This document shows, in pieces, positions 49,463 to 64,000 of a DNA stretch of 64,000 bases. The translations under genes were made by a program, and so were the position numbers. Each line of letters begins with the position of its first letter. The first letter of the stretch is position 1. The stretch spans positions 4,774,001-4,838,000 of the forward strand of contig CM035350.1 of NCBI GenBank assembly GCA_020137815.1, written 5' to 3'. Source of the stretch: Hormiphora californensis. Taxonomy: Eukaryota > Animalia > Ctenophora. The notes under the pieces are model-generated. The model had not been told where the DNA came from, did no database searches, and saw only the letters and a program-made list of their open reading frames with translations.

Positions 49463-50380
49463 ATGCTAAGTGAGATAGAGAAAAACGGCATTCGTAGTCT
49501 CCTCGAGCAGTTATCACGCGAAGATCTCATCTCCCTCACCGATACCGTCACTAACCGGGCCGTCCAGGTTGAAAATTGTAAGGATGCAATCGAGGCCATT
49601 TTGAGCTTTACCCACAGCGTCAAAATCTTGCTGAGGCGGAAAAAAGTGCGAAGGGAGCATGTATTTCAGTACCTGGCGGCCAATCAGGTCTTTGTACCGT
49701 CCACCGCGGACAAACAGCAACTGATAAAGAAGGTTATGGAGCTGTGGGAACTAAAAGCGAAGGAGCTGAAGACGGATGTGGATCAGTACGGTGATGCGTC
49801 AGTGTCCTCCACATCTCATGGCTTCCAGGGTGGCGTTACCTCGATAGAACCTGCATCCTCCACTACATCGCCCGGTAACTCACCCTCGCCCACCCTCTAC
49901 ACAGACAACTATGGGCAGAAGTACGCCCAACAGTGGGCCCCGTGGTTCTACGACCTGTTGAAGCAGTGCGGCCGGAACATGGTCACACCCAGTCAACCCC
50001 ACGGAATGAGTGATTGGGGTGAGCATCACTTTTGGTCGGATGCCGTGCTGAACATTCAGGTGACAACTCATAACGAGAACAGAGAGGAGGAGTATAAGGG
50101 AGCCATGGATGTCTCCAGAAGGTTGTTCAGTCTGGTGGTCCGAGAGTCCATCTACCTTCACCCCCATCTTGATCCCAACGGGATATCGGGCTCCAAGGAG
50201 GGTGATAAGGTGACGGTGGTGGCCAGTGGAACTGTCAACCGACACTCTCATTATGTGGGGTTGTTCCGGCAAGCGTTCAGTTTGGAACGAGATCCATCGT
50301 ATAACAATAACTACCGGATAAGGTGCACTAATTTGGTTCTATGCAACACTGATTACCTACCCGCCCCATACCAGACGTGA
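49463..50380 (+). CDS. C3orf38: C3orf38 homolog, intronless
   Basis: MLSEIEKNGIRSLL..LTDTVTNR..LLRRKKVRREHVFQYLA, WFY, WGEHHFWSDA, GLFRQAFSLERDP. Confidence 0.85.
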   Translation: MLSEIEKNGIRSLLEQLSREDLISLTDTVTNRAVQVENCKDAIEAILSFTHSVKILLRRKKVRREHVFQYLAANQVFVPSTADKQQLIKKVMELWELKAKELKTDVDQYGDASVSSTSHGFQGGVTSIEPASSTTSPGNSPSPTLYTDNYGQKYAQQWAPWFYDLLKQCGRNMVTPSQPHGMSDWGEHHFWSDAVLNIQVTTHNENREEEYKGAMDVSRRLFSLVVRESIYLHPHLDPNGISGSKEGDKVTVVASGTVNRHSHYVGLFRQAFSLERDPSYNNNYRIRCTNLVLCNTDYLPAPYQT

Positions 50381-51693
50381 CGATCATCCGAGTGTAGGGA
50401 AGTTTTTAGACGTGTCTGTATCTTGTTTGTAGAGAGAGAAATGAGACTTTTTTTTACCGAAATAATATGAGACAAGGGAGAGAGAGAGAGAAGGGATGGT
50501 TTATATAATTCCCATGCATAATTTCCGCTGTATATGATAATAATACTGTCAACTTTGGTGGCCCCTGCTTGTCACACACCATCCACCAATAGACGTGTTC
50601 ACTATGTATCTCGAGATGGAGGTCTCTAATGTATAATTGTTGGTGCCCAATTGACATTATAATTATTAGCATTGGGAATTATGTATGTGGATTGTAGTCA
50701 CACTGTCATGTGTACGGAGAGCAGCCCCCATAACATACCAGTGTATAATATATATATTTGCTCCCGTACCATATCTGTCACATTGGTGTACGCCCAGCTG
50801 GGAGAGAATCACTTTGCCAAGAGTTGTGGGATTCTAGCAACATCGCCAAACCCAACATGTGCTTCAGCTGAGTATTGTCAGTATTTAGCATGTTCTTCGA
50901 TCCCACACCTCTGTTTTTTCTTCTCACTGGGCCGTACTGCACAGAGAAAGAGGTTATAACAGTTTTGTTCCAAAGCTCTAGAATCGTATCGGTTGCTGTA
51001 GTTTTGTTGAGAGAAAGCCACGGATAATGTGGTGGGTTTTGGTACCCCCTCCGTGTCGGGAGAGAGAGAGGGAGAGATAATGGGAGAGAGAGACAGAGAG
51101 AGAGAGAGAGAAAGAGTAGAGAGAGAAAGAGGGAGTGAGAACATAATATGATCTGACGAACCTGCTTATAAATATAATGATGATAATTTCCCCCTGCGTG
51201 TGTTTTATTTTCTCCGTGAAGTTTTTACTTGTCATGAGATGCGTGTCGTTTGTGAGTTTGTTTTTGTCATGAAATGTTATAATTTATAACAAATCCAGCC
51301 ATACCAATCATCGGCCATAATACTGTGCTATAGTGATAGGCAGAGAGAGAGGGCGAGAGAGGAAAGAGAGGGGAAGGAGAAAGAGAGGGAAAAAAGTCGA
51401 GATGAAGATAGAGGGAGAGAGGGAGAGAGATAGGATTGTATTTTTTCAATAGCACATTGAGTCACAACCCCGTCATAATACACGTCATACTCGTGTTACG
51501 GGCCACTAAGCCACAGCACACGAGCCTGGAGAAAGAGAGAGAGAGAGAGAGAGAGATGATTGGAAAGTATTTTATCAAAAATACCCCGTGTTTTCCTGTC
51601 TTCCTCCCCATGCCCCGGTCCCCGGATGTTGCCATTTATCTCAAAACAACAAAAATATCTAACCTCTCTTTCTCCCTCTGTAGGCATGATCTC

Positions 51694-52448
51694 ATGCCCC
51701 AAACTCTAGGACCTGCCTCTATTGCGGCGATAGCTCTTTCCGCTTACATATTTCTGATAGCACTGGTACTGTTCATCAAGCGGCTCACTAAGGTAAGCAG
51801 AGTGGTAACCATGGTAACGAAATGATTGGTTACCATGGTAACGACATGATTGGTAACCATGGTAACGACATGATTGGTAACCATGGTAACGACATGATTG
51901 GTAACCATGGTAACGACACGTTTGGTGACCTAATCCTTCTCTCTTTCTCAGAACGATTGTTGCGACAAAGGTTGTGGTAACTGTTGCTGTACTACAGGCT
52001 ATCACCCCATAGATAGCTGTCTACTTTGTCTCGCTGAGAGTTGTGACTGTAGGTGCCCCACCACACAGTCTTGTGCCGATACAGTTTGCCCCACTCACGC
52101 CCAGGTAGATACATACAAGACCCTATCTGTAGGGGCTGTAAAGTATGCTGAGAATTCTATACATGCTATGTAAATCTTGAGAGTTGAGATAATGAATCAG
52201 GTGCCTTGAACTTTGGATCAACATAATAAGACAGGGATGATGTCCTTCCAACACAATTCCCATCCACTGATCCACCCCTGTACCCATCTGCAGATCCCCT
52301 CCTAAACGCTCCCATAATAGCTCACCCCCCCCCCTTTCTCTCCCTCCAGTGTAACGAGTGCTGTGTTGCCTGCCTTCCTGATACTGCCTGTGACGGTGAC
52401 GTGACCTGTTGCTGCTTTGAAATCAGACTCGCGGGAGCTGCAACATGA
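51694..52448 (+). CDS. 116-aa single-pass membrane protein with a very Cys-rich tail; exons 51694-51792, 51952-52104, 52350-52448
   Basis: Two phase-0 GT-AG introns with pyrimidine tracts give MPQTLGPASIAAIALSAYIFLIALVLFIKRLTK-NDCCDKGCGNCCC...TCCCFEIRLAGAAT*. Confidence 0.78.
51805..51914. repeat. 24 bp minisatellite, 5 copies, core GT(A/T)ACCATGGTAAC (X-box-like)
   Basis: Cores at 51805, 51829, 51853, 51877 and 51901. Confidence 0.92.
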
Positions 52449-52482
52449 CCCTCTCAACTCTACACAAACGGTAGAAATTATT

Positions 52483-55339
<2,857 letters not shown>

Positions 55340-55714
55340 GGAATTGGAGGGGAGTGAGAGTGAGTGAGTGAGAATGAGAGTGAGAGAGAGAGACACTTGT
55401 CAGAAGAGTATCAGATCTAACAGGCTCAGGAGACAAGGAAAGGAGTCGTTTGAGATGAGTGAGAGAGAGGAAGGAAGGCGAGGAAAAGAGAGTGAGAGAC
55501 TGAAAGTCGGATAAGGGCCAAGCGCGTGTGAATAAGAGAAGGTGAGAGAAAGAGAGAGAGGACAATTATTAAGCGGTGAATATTATTCGCGTTTTATGTG
55601 TTTATGGGGGGTTACATAAAAATGTAACACAGGGCATCCTTTCGGACCAAGAATGAGGGGTGAGAGGAGGGGGTCAGTCTTGCTTCACTTGGGCACTTTC
55701 CCTTCTCTCAGCTC

Positions 55715-55800
55715 ACTCTCCCTCTCTCTTTTCTTTCTCCCTCTATCTCTCTCTCTCTCTTTTCTCTCTCTCTTTTCTCTCTCTCTCACTCTCTCTCTCA

Positions 55801-55885
<85 letters not shown>

Positions 55886-56108
55886 TCTCTATTTCTCTAT
55901 CCGATAATCAGGAGCTGTAGACTACTTCTGCTGACAGACTAGCTGCAGTAGCTTGTGGAGAGATCTGTAATCAGTCAGTATTACAAGTCTAAACTGTAGA
56001 CTGGGTCTATTCTACTGAGCCCTGTGTATATCACTAGCCCATCATCTCTTTTCTCTCTCTCTCCATTTGGCTATAACTCTTTCTCTCTCTTTCTCTCTCC
56101 ATCTCTCG

Positions 56109-56153
<45 letters not shown>

Positions 56154-56771
56154 CATCTTTCCTCTCTATCTCCTCTATCTCTCACTCTTACTCCCTCTTT
56201 CTAATTCTCCCATTCACTATATTCCACTATCACACATAACTTACAACACGTTTCTTATATGCCTTCACTCACTCCTTGAGACAGCGGGTCTGTTTTCAAG
56301 TGAGATATTATTATTATGTGTGTTTTAAAACATCCAGAGTTCAGAGAATCACACAAAAACGAAGTACCAGAATCACAATATATATTTATTTTCCACAGTC
56401 AGTGTATAAAAAGTGTATATCAGACGAGTGTTTATTATTAACTTATATGACCCTATTTATTTATCCAACCAAAGTGTATTTATAAGTGTACATACTTTAT
56501 ATTATGTAAACTATGCTGTCTATTTTCTACAGAGATGGGGAGCAGTGCCAGATAAAGAAGGGGGAGAAAGGAAGTAGAGAGAAAGGAGAGATATAGATAG
56601 AGAAGGGAGAGATAGAGATATAGAAGGGAGAGATAAAGAGAGAAGGGAGAGATAGAGATATAGAAGGGAGAGATAGAGAGAGAAGGGAGATAGAGAGAGA
56701 AGGGAGGGATAGAGATATAGAAGGGAGAGATAGAGATATAGAAGGGAGAGATAGAGATATAGAAGGGAGAG

Positions 56772-56836
<65 letters not shown>

Positions 56837-57143
56837 TAGAGGGAGAGATAGAGATATAGAAGGGAGGGATAGTAAAGTCAGTTAGGCGTGTCGAGTATTA
56901 TAAGTCAAAGCAGCACAGCTCTCCTATTCATATTCATGCACACAATGGCCAATCATATGTCTCTTTATGCAGCCAGGGAAAGAAAGGGAGAGATAGAGCG
57001 AGAGATAGAAAGAGGGAGAGATGAGAGATAGAAGGAGGGAGATAGAGAGAGAGAGAGAGAGAGAGAGATAGATATAGAAGGAGAGAGATAGAGAGAGATA
57101 GAAGGAGAGAGATAGTTGCTGAGTATGAGGGAGAGATGAGAGA

Positions 57144-57220
<77 letters not shown>

Positions 57221-57290
57221 GAGAGATAGAGATAGAGAGATAGAAGGAGAGAGATAGAGATAGAGAGATAGAGAGATAGAGAGATAGTTG
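55715..57290. repeat. CT-rich block (55715-56210) followed by GA-rich block (56560-57290)
   Basis: Directly visible; further (CT)n tracts at 54110-54200 and 54616-54765. Confidence 0.9.
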
Positions 57291-57625
57291 CTGAGTATGA
57301 GGGAGTAGTGAGATAGTACTGTTCAACTGGCCGACTCTACACTCTCATGGAACCGTGTACACGTGCCATCATCAAGAGAGTGAGATGTGGGAACAGATCA
57401 GAATAATAAGGGGAACTCTCGAATTAGACATATATTATATATCTTGGAGAGTTGGATATATATTCTATAGACCCTGTGGGGAGAGACACGGCCGAGACAC
57501 GAGTGGCAGAGTGGGACAGATTGGGTGCCTCATTCCTGAGAATAGGAGAGGAATATATATCAATAGATCATATAACTATGAAAGCATTATTATAACCCTC
57601 CCTCTCTCTCTAGCATGACCTGACA

Positions 57626-59145
57626 ATGCCCTGTGCTGATATAACCGATGTTACTAGCTACTTCCAGCTGGAGAGGTGTGCCAAATGGGCCGCAGATTAC
57701 ACCTCCATAGCCCTGCAGTTCCCCGACCATCTCCTACCATACTCAACTAAGGTAATTCTTATTGGGGACAGGGTGGTTTTTTAGGGCACAGAAAGCGGGG
57801 TGAGAATGGGACGGTGCAAGAGAGTGGTTTAGTAGAACTCAGAGGGATGGTGCAAAGGGGGTTCTTTCTTCTATCGGTAATTCCTACTCAACAAAAGTTT
57901 CCAGAGTAGGGGGATGGGGGCTGCTTCTTTTGCATAGACAACTACTACAGTAGGGGGGATGAGTTGAATTGCCCCTCGCATGAACAATCCCTAACCCTCC
58001 CTCCTCAACAGGTTGCAGAATACCTATCAAGTGGTGAGCGATCTGTACACGTATTAGCAGATACGAACTACGGAGCGTGCTGTGCAGACGAAGTAGCCGC
58101 CCAAAGACTCAGCACTACTGCTTTAATCCACTTTGGCCACTCCTGCGGATCTCGAGTCCTATCTCTCCCAACTCTCTTTATATTCGGGCACCAGCCGCTA
58201 GATGTCGAGGAAGTACTGAGTGGTTTCAAATCCTGCTACCCTTCCTCGGCAGGTGTAACAGTTGTTTTGGACACTCCGTATTACCATTGTAGAGCTGAGC
58301 TCCAGAATAAACTCAGGACTATATGCCCCGGGGCTGTGGTACAGACTAGATCTGGAGAGCAAAACACCCCTACTAGCCACTCTACAGTGGAGGTGAGTTG
58401 TGAAGATGAGGTTTTCTATATCGGGGGAGAGTCCCTTGCTCTAACGAACTGCATCCTAACTAATGGCTCCCGGAAAGTCCACTCTTATAATCCCGAGACG
58501 GGGGAGACCCGCTTGGAATCCCGGAATGTCAACAAACTTCTGATCAAGAGATTCGCGAACATCGAGAAGATTAGGGACTGTGAAATTGTGGGAATTTTGG
58601 TTGGCACTCTTGGTATCAAGCATTTTAGGGAAGTGATAGAGCGTGTGAAGGGTGTTTGCAGAGCGGCCGAGAAAAAGTACTATGTTGTCAGTATTGGTAA
58701 ACCAAATCCTGCAAAACTCGGTAATTTCCTCGAGATTGGTGTTTTTGTGATGGTTGGCTGCGCTGAGAACTCGCTCCTGGACTGCTCCGAGTTTTATCAG
58801 CCGATTGTCACCCCCTACGAACTGGAGATAGCGTGTATTGACCGGCCCTGGGAGGTGGATTATATCAGTGATTGTTCCGCACTAATTGCCGATCCTAACT
58901 GCCCTCTCCCACCACCCTCCCAAGATAACGAGGAGGACGCAAAGGATCGGGAAATGTCTGAGAAGTTCCACTCTTTAGATCTTGCTGTGAACTTCCTAAA
59001 TGATCGAACATGGAGTGGACTCCAGCAGCGACTCGGTGAGGATGAACCAGCGGTGCTCAGAGAGGGACAGCGGGGTATTGCCGGGTTTTATGAGAACGAG
59101 GAGGTGTGTGATACGAGAATGACGGGGACTGGAGAGACAAAATAG
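57626..59145 (+). CDS. DPH2: Diphthamide biosynthesis protein 2; exons 57626-57751 and 58012-59145
   Basis: IALQFPDHLL, LADTNYGACCADEVAA, GILVGTLG, GKPNPAKLGNF, PIVTPYE, RTWSGL, GQRGIA. Confidence 0.92.
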
Positions 59146-59759
59146 AACTGGTGCTGCTGCCGCAGATAGCTTGTCTAAATAAACCGCCGCCAATGCGAGC
59201 ACGCGCGGCAGCCCATCTGGGCTGATGTGGGGAGAGTACATTTTTCGAAACTCTGTAGACCCCCTTGCGCGTTCTCAGGGCTGCTCTGCTCCTAAAAGTG
59301 GGCCACCGCCCCCTTTCCAGATCTGGTCACGGTTTTTTTATGCTAATTTATTGAAAGTTGGTGTTTCATGTGGGATTTTCATTTATTTATTATCCGGGAA
59401 TCCGATATCTCTATCTACCATTAAGCGAGTAGCAGTAATCGATAGGCAAGATTGCAAAATTACACAAGTTTTCGTTTGACCGTATCACCGATCAGCGGGA
59501 TCATTTTCTCGTTACATGTCGTTTGCCCAGTAATCAGAGCGTTTACAACTCCCTACTTGTATCCCTCTTGTCTTGTGCCGTCTGGTATTACTGCTACTCG
59601 CCCAAACAGCTGTCTCCCCTGTCAGGCCAATGCTATGTCTCCCAAACAATCACTAAACAAAAGATATAATAAAGCATGAAAATCATGTATGTTTCATATT
59701 ATATATCACACAATTACTATGTACAAAGTCTCTTTTTCTCTCCGTTTGAGAAGGGCCTA

Positions 59760-61755
59760 TCACGTGACTGCTACTGCCATCCACTCCCTTGGTTTCTTCA
59801 TGGGTTGTACCATCTCGCTCTTGTTCTTCACCGGGTTAAACTTTTCCACTGTATTCACGATACCCTTTCCGTCATTGCCACCGATGATGTAGAGGTGCCC
59901 TGAGACGACCGCAACGGATAGGGCAAATCTACCGCTCTGATGGGAGGGGAGGGGTTAGAATAGTAACTGACCCGATCAGTACTTGCTGAGTACTCAACCA
60001 CTCAGTACAATGTACATTGTTCACTACACACAATCTGTGTACAATGTACATTGAAATGTACCCCAAATGTACACTGCAGTGTACCCCGTACCTGCATAAG
60101 TCCAACACTGCTCCACTGATCAGTCTCTGTGTTATACCTCTCGATACTGTACAGCACAGTTCCATCACTTCTACATCCTCCCACCGCAAATAGGTGGGCC
60201 TCAACCTGGGGGGGGGGGGGGGGTAGTGAAATAGGTGGAATCATTGTTCAGCAGTGGAGCAATGTCTCACAATTTGTGGGGACCTGACCCTGTGATGTTA
60301 GATTGAGAGAGAGAGAGGGGCGGCGGGGGTCGTACTTACCGCTCCAACAGCGCATCCGTTCCTTCCGTATTTCATTGATTTCAGGTCCGTCCATGTATCT
60401 GTCTCTGGGCTGTATCTGTAGGAGAATTGTGTTAACAAGGAATGTTCAGACAGTTACAAGCTCATTCCTAAAATGACTTAAAGTTTCTCTATCTGCTCAA
60501 TACTCACTTTGAGATGGTATCCAGATCTCGTATCCCGTCATTTCCTCCAACCACATACATGTTCCCATCCACTGTAGCACATCCACACCTTGCTCTAGGT
60601 TGGGTCATGCTACTCATCCTGTTCCAGATATCATTTTCAACGTTATAAAACTCTGCTGACATTAGGATGGTCCGATCAAAACAGCCTCCTGCCACGTAGA
60701 TATTCCCCTCGATAATCGTGGCAGCCCCGTACACTCTCTGCTCGTACCTACAGGAGGGAGGCGGTTGGTAGATGCAACTTGGAGCTGTTCCTTCGTATAA
60801 TAATAACATGGCCTGATCGCGGTCAGATCTTTGGCCTGACAGCTATGGAGTGGCCAGGTAGAGCATGATGGTCCTTGTATAGTGGTTTATGAAGTGTATT
60901 ATAGGGGATACGAAGGGGACTAAAGATAATACTTACATGGACGAGAGAGACTTCCAGTTTTTCATTCGAACATCGTACACGTCGACTGAGTTGAGGGGTC
61001 GTTTCCTCTTGTCCTGTCCTCCAATGATAAAGATGGCCTTGCCACCGTGAGAGACTGCCATTGCTCCTGACCGTCCCACTAACATGTCCACCTTGCCTCG
61101 CTCCCATCTAGGGGGAAAAATGATATTGGTTGTTTTGTTCAAACTCTTTTTAGGGAAGGAGGGTCGGACAAGGCAATATATTGGTCATGAAAGTGTTATA
61201 CTCTAGCCTAGAGTCTAGGGGCTGATGTCAACCATACATCTGGTACATCCTAGTACCCATTGCAACTGCATTCTTATCAAGTATCATTACCTGTTCACGT
61301 TTGGGTGATACACTTCAACTCTACTCTCTGCACCCTCTCCCCCCAGACAGAATAGATGACCTGCCTTGGCTCCGAATCTACTGGGTTTTCGGGTACTTGG
61401 ATTCTTCAAACTCTGGTGGTATTCCTCCATTGCTTTGTTTAGCATGTCACGACACCTGTAGTGTGGTTACCATGGTTACTATGGTTACCGTCGATACTAT
61501 GGGTACTGGTTACCATGGTAACTTGTCAATAAGAATTGTGATCGCTTACTTGGTGTTTGTATTAATGACATCTTCATTACTGACTCTCTCAATTAGATCT
61601 GCAACAGGGATGATTGACAGCCTAATAAGGCCAAACAAATCCTCGATAAAATGTTGTCGTGACCCCTTGTCATGTTTTATCCAACGGAGAACTCCATCAA
61701 ACACTGTCAGCTCGGATTTAACGTTTAACTCGTCACTTGAGAGCAGTGCTTTCAC
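59760..61755 (-). CDS. Kelch-like (BTB-BACK-kelch) protein, 3' exons only (end of BACK plus six kelch repeats)
   Basis: LLSSDELNVKSELTVFDGVLRWIKHD (BACK); kelch GG/Y/W repeats IFIIGG, IYVAGG, MYVVGG, LFAVGG, LYIIGG; BTB exons not in the window. Confidence 0.88.
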
Positions 61756-62025
61756 CTGTAGGATATTTAGGTTTTGGGACGTGACTGGTATTATGTCAAA
61801 CCCTGCTTTTTGGTCCAGCGTGGGTGAGGTGTTGGGATGTGAGTGTTCAAAGTTCTCACGTGTGGTTGTCACTTGTCAGTTATGGAACTAGTAGGAAGTG
61901 TGATATATATGTCTGTCATGGTCCTGTGGTAGGGAATTGAACCTATTTTCCAGTATTTAGAAACTAAAGGCGGTGTTTTCAAAATTGGTAAAATAGTACG
62001 ATATCAATAATTTAAGAAACACACT

Positions 62026-64000
62026 TTACAGCTCATCATGTCCTGTCTTCTTCTTCTTTTCCTCGCTCTTCTCTATCTTCTTATCATCCCCATCTATCTT
62101 CACGACATACTCCATCTTCTGGTCCTCCTCCTCCTTCTTATCAGATATCTTAACATTGATCCTGTGTCTGTAGTCCTCCTCTTCCTCCTCAGGGTCATCC
62201 ATAAACAAGTCATCATCCTCCTCCCTATCATCAATCTCATCAATATCTCCAGCAGGCCCGGTTCCATATCTCTCCCTATCTCTAGCGGGGATATCATCAT
62301 CCTTCTCCCTAGCATCCCCACTTGGTATCTCATCTGTAGCGTACTCCCTACCCGACACGTTATCTTCCTCCATGTACTCAGGCTCCTTGCTGGGGTCCTC
62401 CATAACATCGTCCATTGCGAGGACTTGTTCACCATTCTCAAATACAGGGTTACCCCCCTCTTTCTGGACCCAATTCTTCAGATTTTCCACGACCATCTCA
62501 TCGAAATAGAATATGATGCCGGCGTAGGGAGTGCTCCTCCGAGCTGGTGCTAGCACGACGTAAGGAGGTTCCGCCGTCATGATAAGAGGTCGGGGCAGCT
62601 CATTAGTCGCCTGGTTCATCATTCCAACAGTAAGGGTGGTATAGTTGGCAAACTTTTGTCCGAATTGTAGGAACTCATCCTCCCAGAACTTGCAGGATCG
62701 ACATTGGTTGGATGATGTCACCAACAAAATAACGTCCTTGTCGAGTTCACTGAAGACCCGGTCAGCACTCAGCCCAACCACATCAATAACCCCATCATGG
62801 TCACCCGGGTCCTCATCTGATTTTATCTTAGGGGGAAGGGTGACAGCACTAGTAGCGGAGAAGTAGTTATTTAGGTAGGATTCGAAATACCCGAGGTAGT
62901 CAGCCCTGCTCCTTTCCTCCCACTTCCTCAACTCTGGCAGGTCGGGTGTGTACTTTCTGTCAAGGTCATTGGAGATAAGGAAGAGGAAGGGAACCTTTGC
63001 ATTTATCGTATCGACCTCCTCGAACTTTGTAGAAACCTCAGCCTTGTCTCCCACAAAGAAGGTGATTCTATCAGAGAACTTGGCAGCAATGGGTGCCAGT
63101 TCCTCCTTCAGTTGCTTCAGCTCCTCGAACCCCCAGGCAGGGTCGTCTAGGTAGATACCGACGTGGTGGGGTAGGTCATCCACCTGTTTAATCCGCCTCC
63201 AGGCGTCAATGTGGTTTATTAGAGAGAACTCGTTCGCCTTGAATTGCCTCATAAACCAATCCTCGTTGACGGATGCATCAGTAGGCAGGGGGACCTCAAC
63301 ATAGGGGGGTTCAGCGCTGGTAAGTGCCTCGAAGTAGTGTTTGATGACTATCTTGGGCTTTGTAACCCCCATCTCATCTATCAGGGCCTTCTCATCCACA
63401 TAAAACATCTTTACAGTGTCTCGGAGGGATTTGGCAAAATTCACAAACGCTTCCATCGCAACAGTATTCCTCTCAGGTAACACCAGGGCAATGGCAGTGG
63501 ACTTCTCGTTCATGTAGAAGTCATCCTTTAGAGAGGTCATATTCCTGATTTCTGTTACAGGAGATTTCAGCCAAGACACAGCGTAATCAAGAACTCCCTT
63601 CCAATCGTCCGTAGCGTAGAAGTTGTACATTTTACCATAGCTGAAAACCCTGTGCTCAACGAACCCTTTGAGTGTGATGTTATACTCCTGGGACACCTCA
63701 GGGGACATTGACAAGTCCACCTGTCCTATCCGGACACCGGCCGAGTAAGATGCCTTGTCAACATTATTAGCGGCCTCATGAATCTGGCTCTTCCTCGCGT
63801 TACACTGAATACACCGAACATCAGTAAACTGAACCAGACATACGGGCATTTGGGTACACATGGGCAAGGAGTGGGATGTTAGGGACCATAGGTTGGTCTT
63901 GGCTGGGACGTAGTTAGGGTTCGCCAGGATACCCAACCAGATGTTCAACTCCTGCTCCGAGGTGGCATCCCCGTCAAACAGGGCGGGGTAATGGAAATCA
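62026..64000 (-). CDS. ER-resident PDI/thioredoxin-fold family protein, 5' incomplete
   Basis: Frame open to the window edge; thioredoxin-like segments with CIQC and CRSC, KSDEDP linker, acidic tail, C-terminal HDEL. Confidence 0.8.
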   Translation of the reverse strand, partial: DFHYPALFDGDATSEQELNIWLGILANPNYVPAKTNLWSLTSHSLPMCTQMPVCLVQFTDVRCIQCNARKSQIHEAANNVDKASYSAGVRIGQVDLSMSPEVSQEYNITLKGFVEHRVFSYGKMYNFYATDDWKGVLDYAVSWLKSPVTEIRNMTSLKDDFYMNEKSTAIALVLPERNTVAMEAFVNFAKSLRDTVKMFYVDEKALIDEMGVTKPKIVIKHYFEALTSAEPPYVEVPLPTDASVNEDWFMRQFKANEFSLINHIDAWRRIKQVDDLPHHVGIYLDDPAWGFEELKQLKEELAPIAAKFSDRITFFVGDKAEVSTKFEEVDTINAKVPFLFLISNDLDRKYTPDLPELRKWEERSRADYLGYFESYLNNYFSATSAVTLPPKIKSDEDPGDHDGVIDVVGLSADRVFSELDKDVILLVTSSNQCRSCKFWEDEFLQFGQKFANYTTLTVGMMNQATNELPRPLIMTAEPPYVVLAPARRSTPYAGIIFYFDEMVVENLKNWVQKEGGNPVFENGEQVLAMDDVMEDPSKEPEYMEEDNVSGREYATDEIPSGDAREKDDDIPARDRERYGTGPAGDIDEIDDREEDDDLFMDDPEEEEEDYRHRINVKISDKKEEEDQKMEYVVKIDGDDKKIEKSEEKKKKTGHDEL

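Overview
This is eukaryotic (animal) genomic DNA with GT-AG introns. The gene content, intronless LDLa-7TM receptor, nested genes and a repeat I recall from Pleurobrachia gene models suggest a cydippid ctenophore (inference, not verified). The left half is a >25.6 kb minus-strand cullin-2 gene (13 exons seen, running off the left edge). Its introns host four other genes: two class-A GPCRs, a 3.4 kb LDLa-repeat GPCR and a papain-family protein lacking the catalytic Cys. The introns also hold dense, nested transposons. CUL2 ends a tight minus-strand run (MRPS5-VPS16-PUS10-CERT-like START-PAAT-like-CUL2). A divergent plus-strand run follows (GPN1-C3orf38-small Cys-rich membrane protein-TMEM231-DPH2). 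Most of these genes have an unpaired AG acceptor just before the ATG, which suggests trans-spliced operons. The right end has a kelch-like gene with a PDI-family gene probably nested in its intron. Top leads: (1) a complete ORF1-only LINE derivative with TSD and (TAA)n tail; (2) intronic minisatellites built from TF-site palindromes that match the local gene (CLEAR array in VPS16, RFX X-box array before TMEM231); (3) operon-like and nested gene organisation; (4) a spliced 116-aa Cys-rich membrane protein missed by the ORF track; (5) a hAT MITE found only beside splice donors. Several single-base frameshifts in housekeeping genes look like assembly errors. All coordinates were read by hand and may be off by a few bases.
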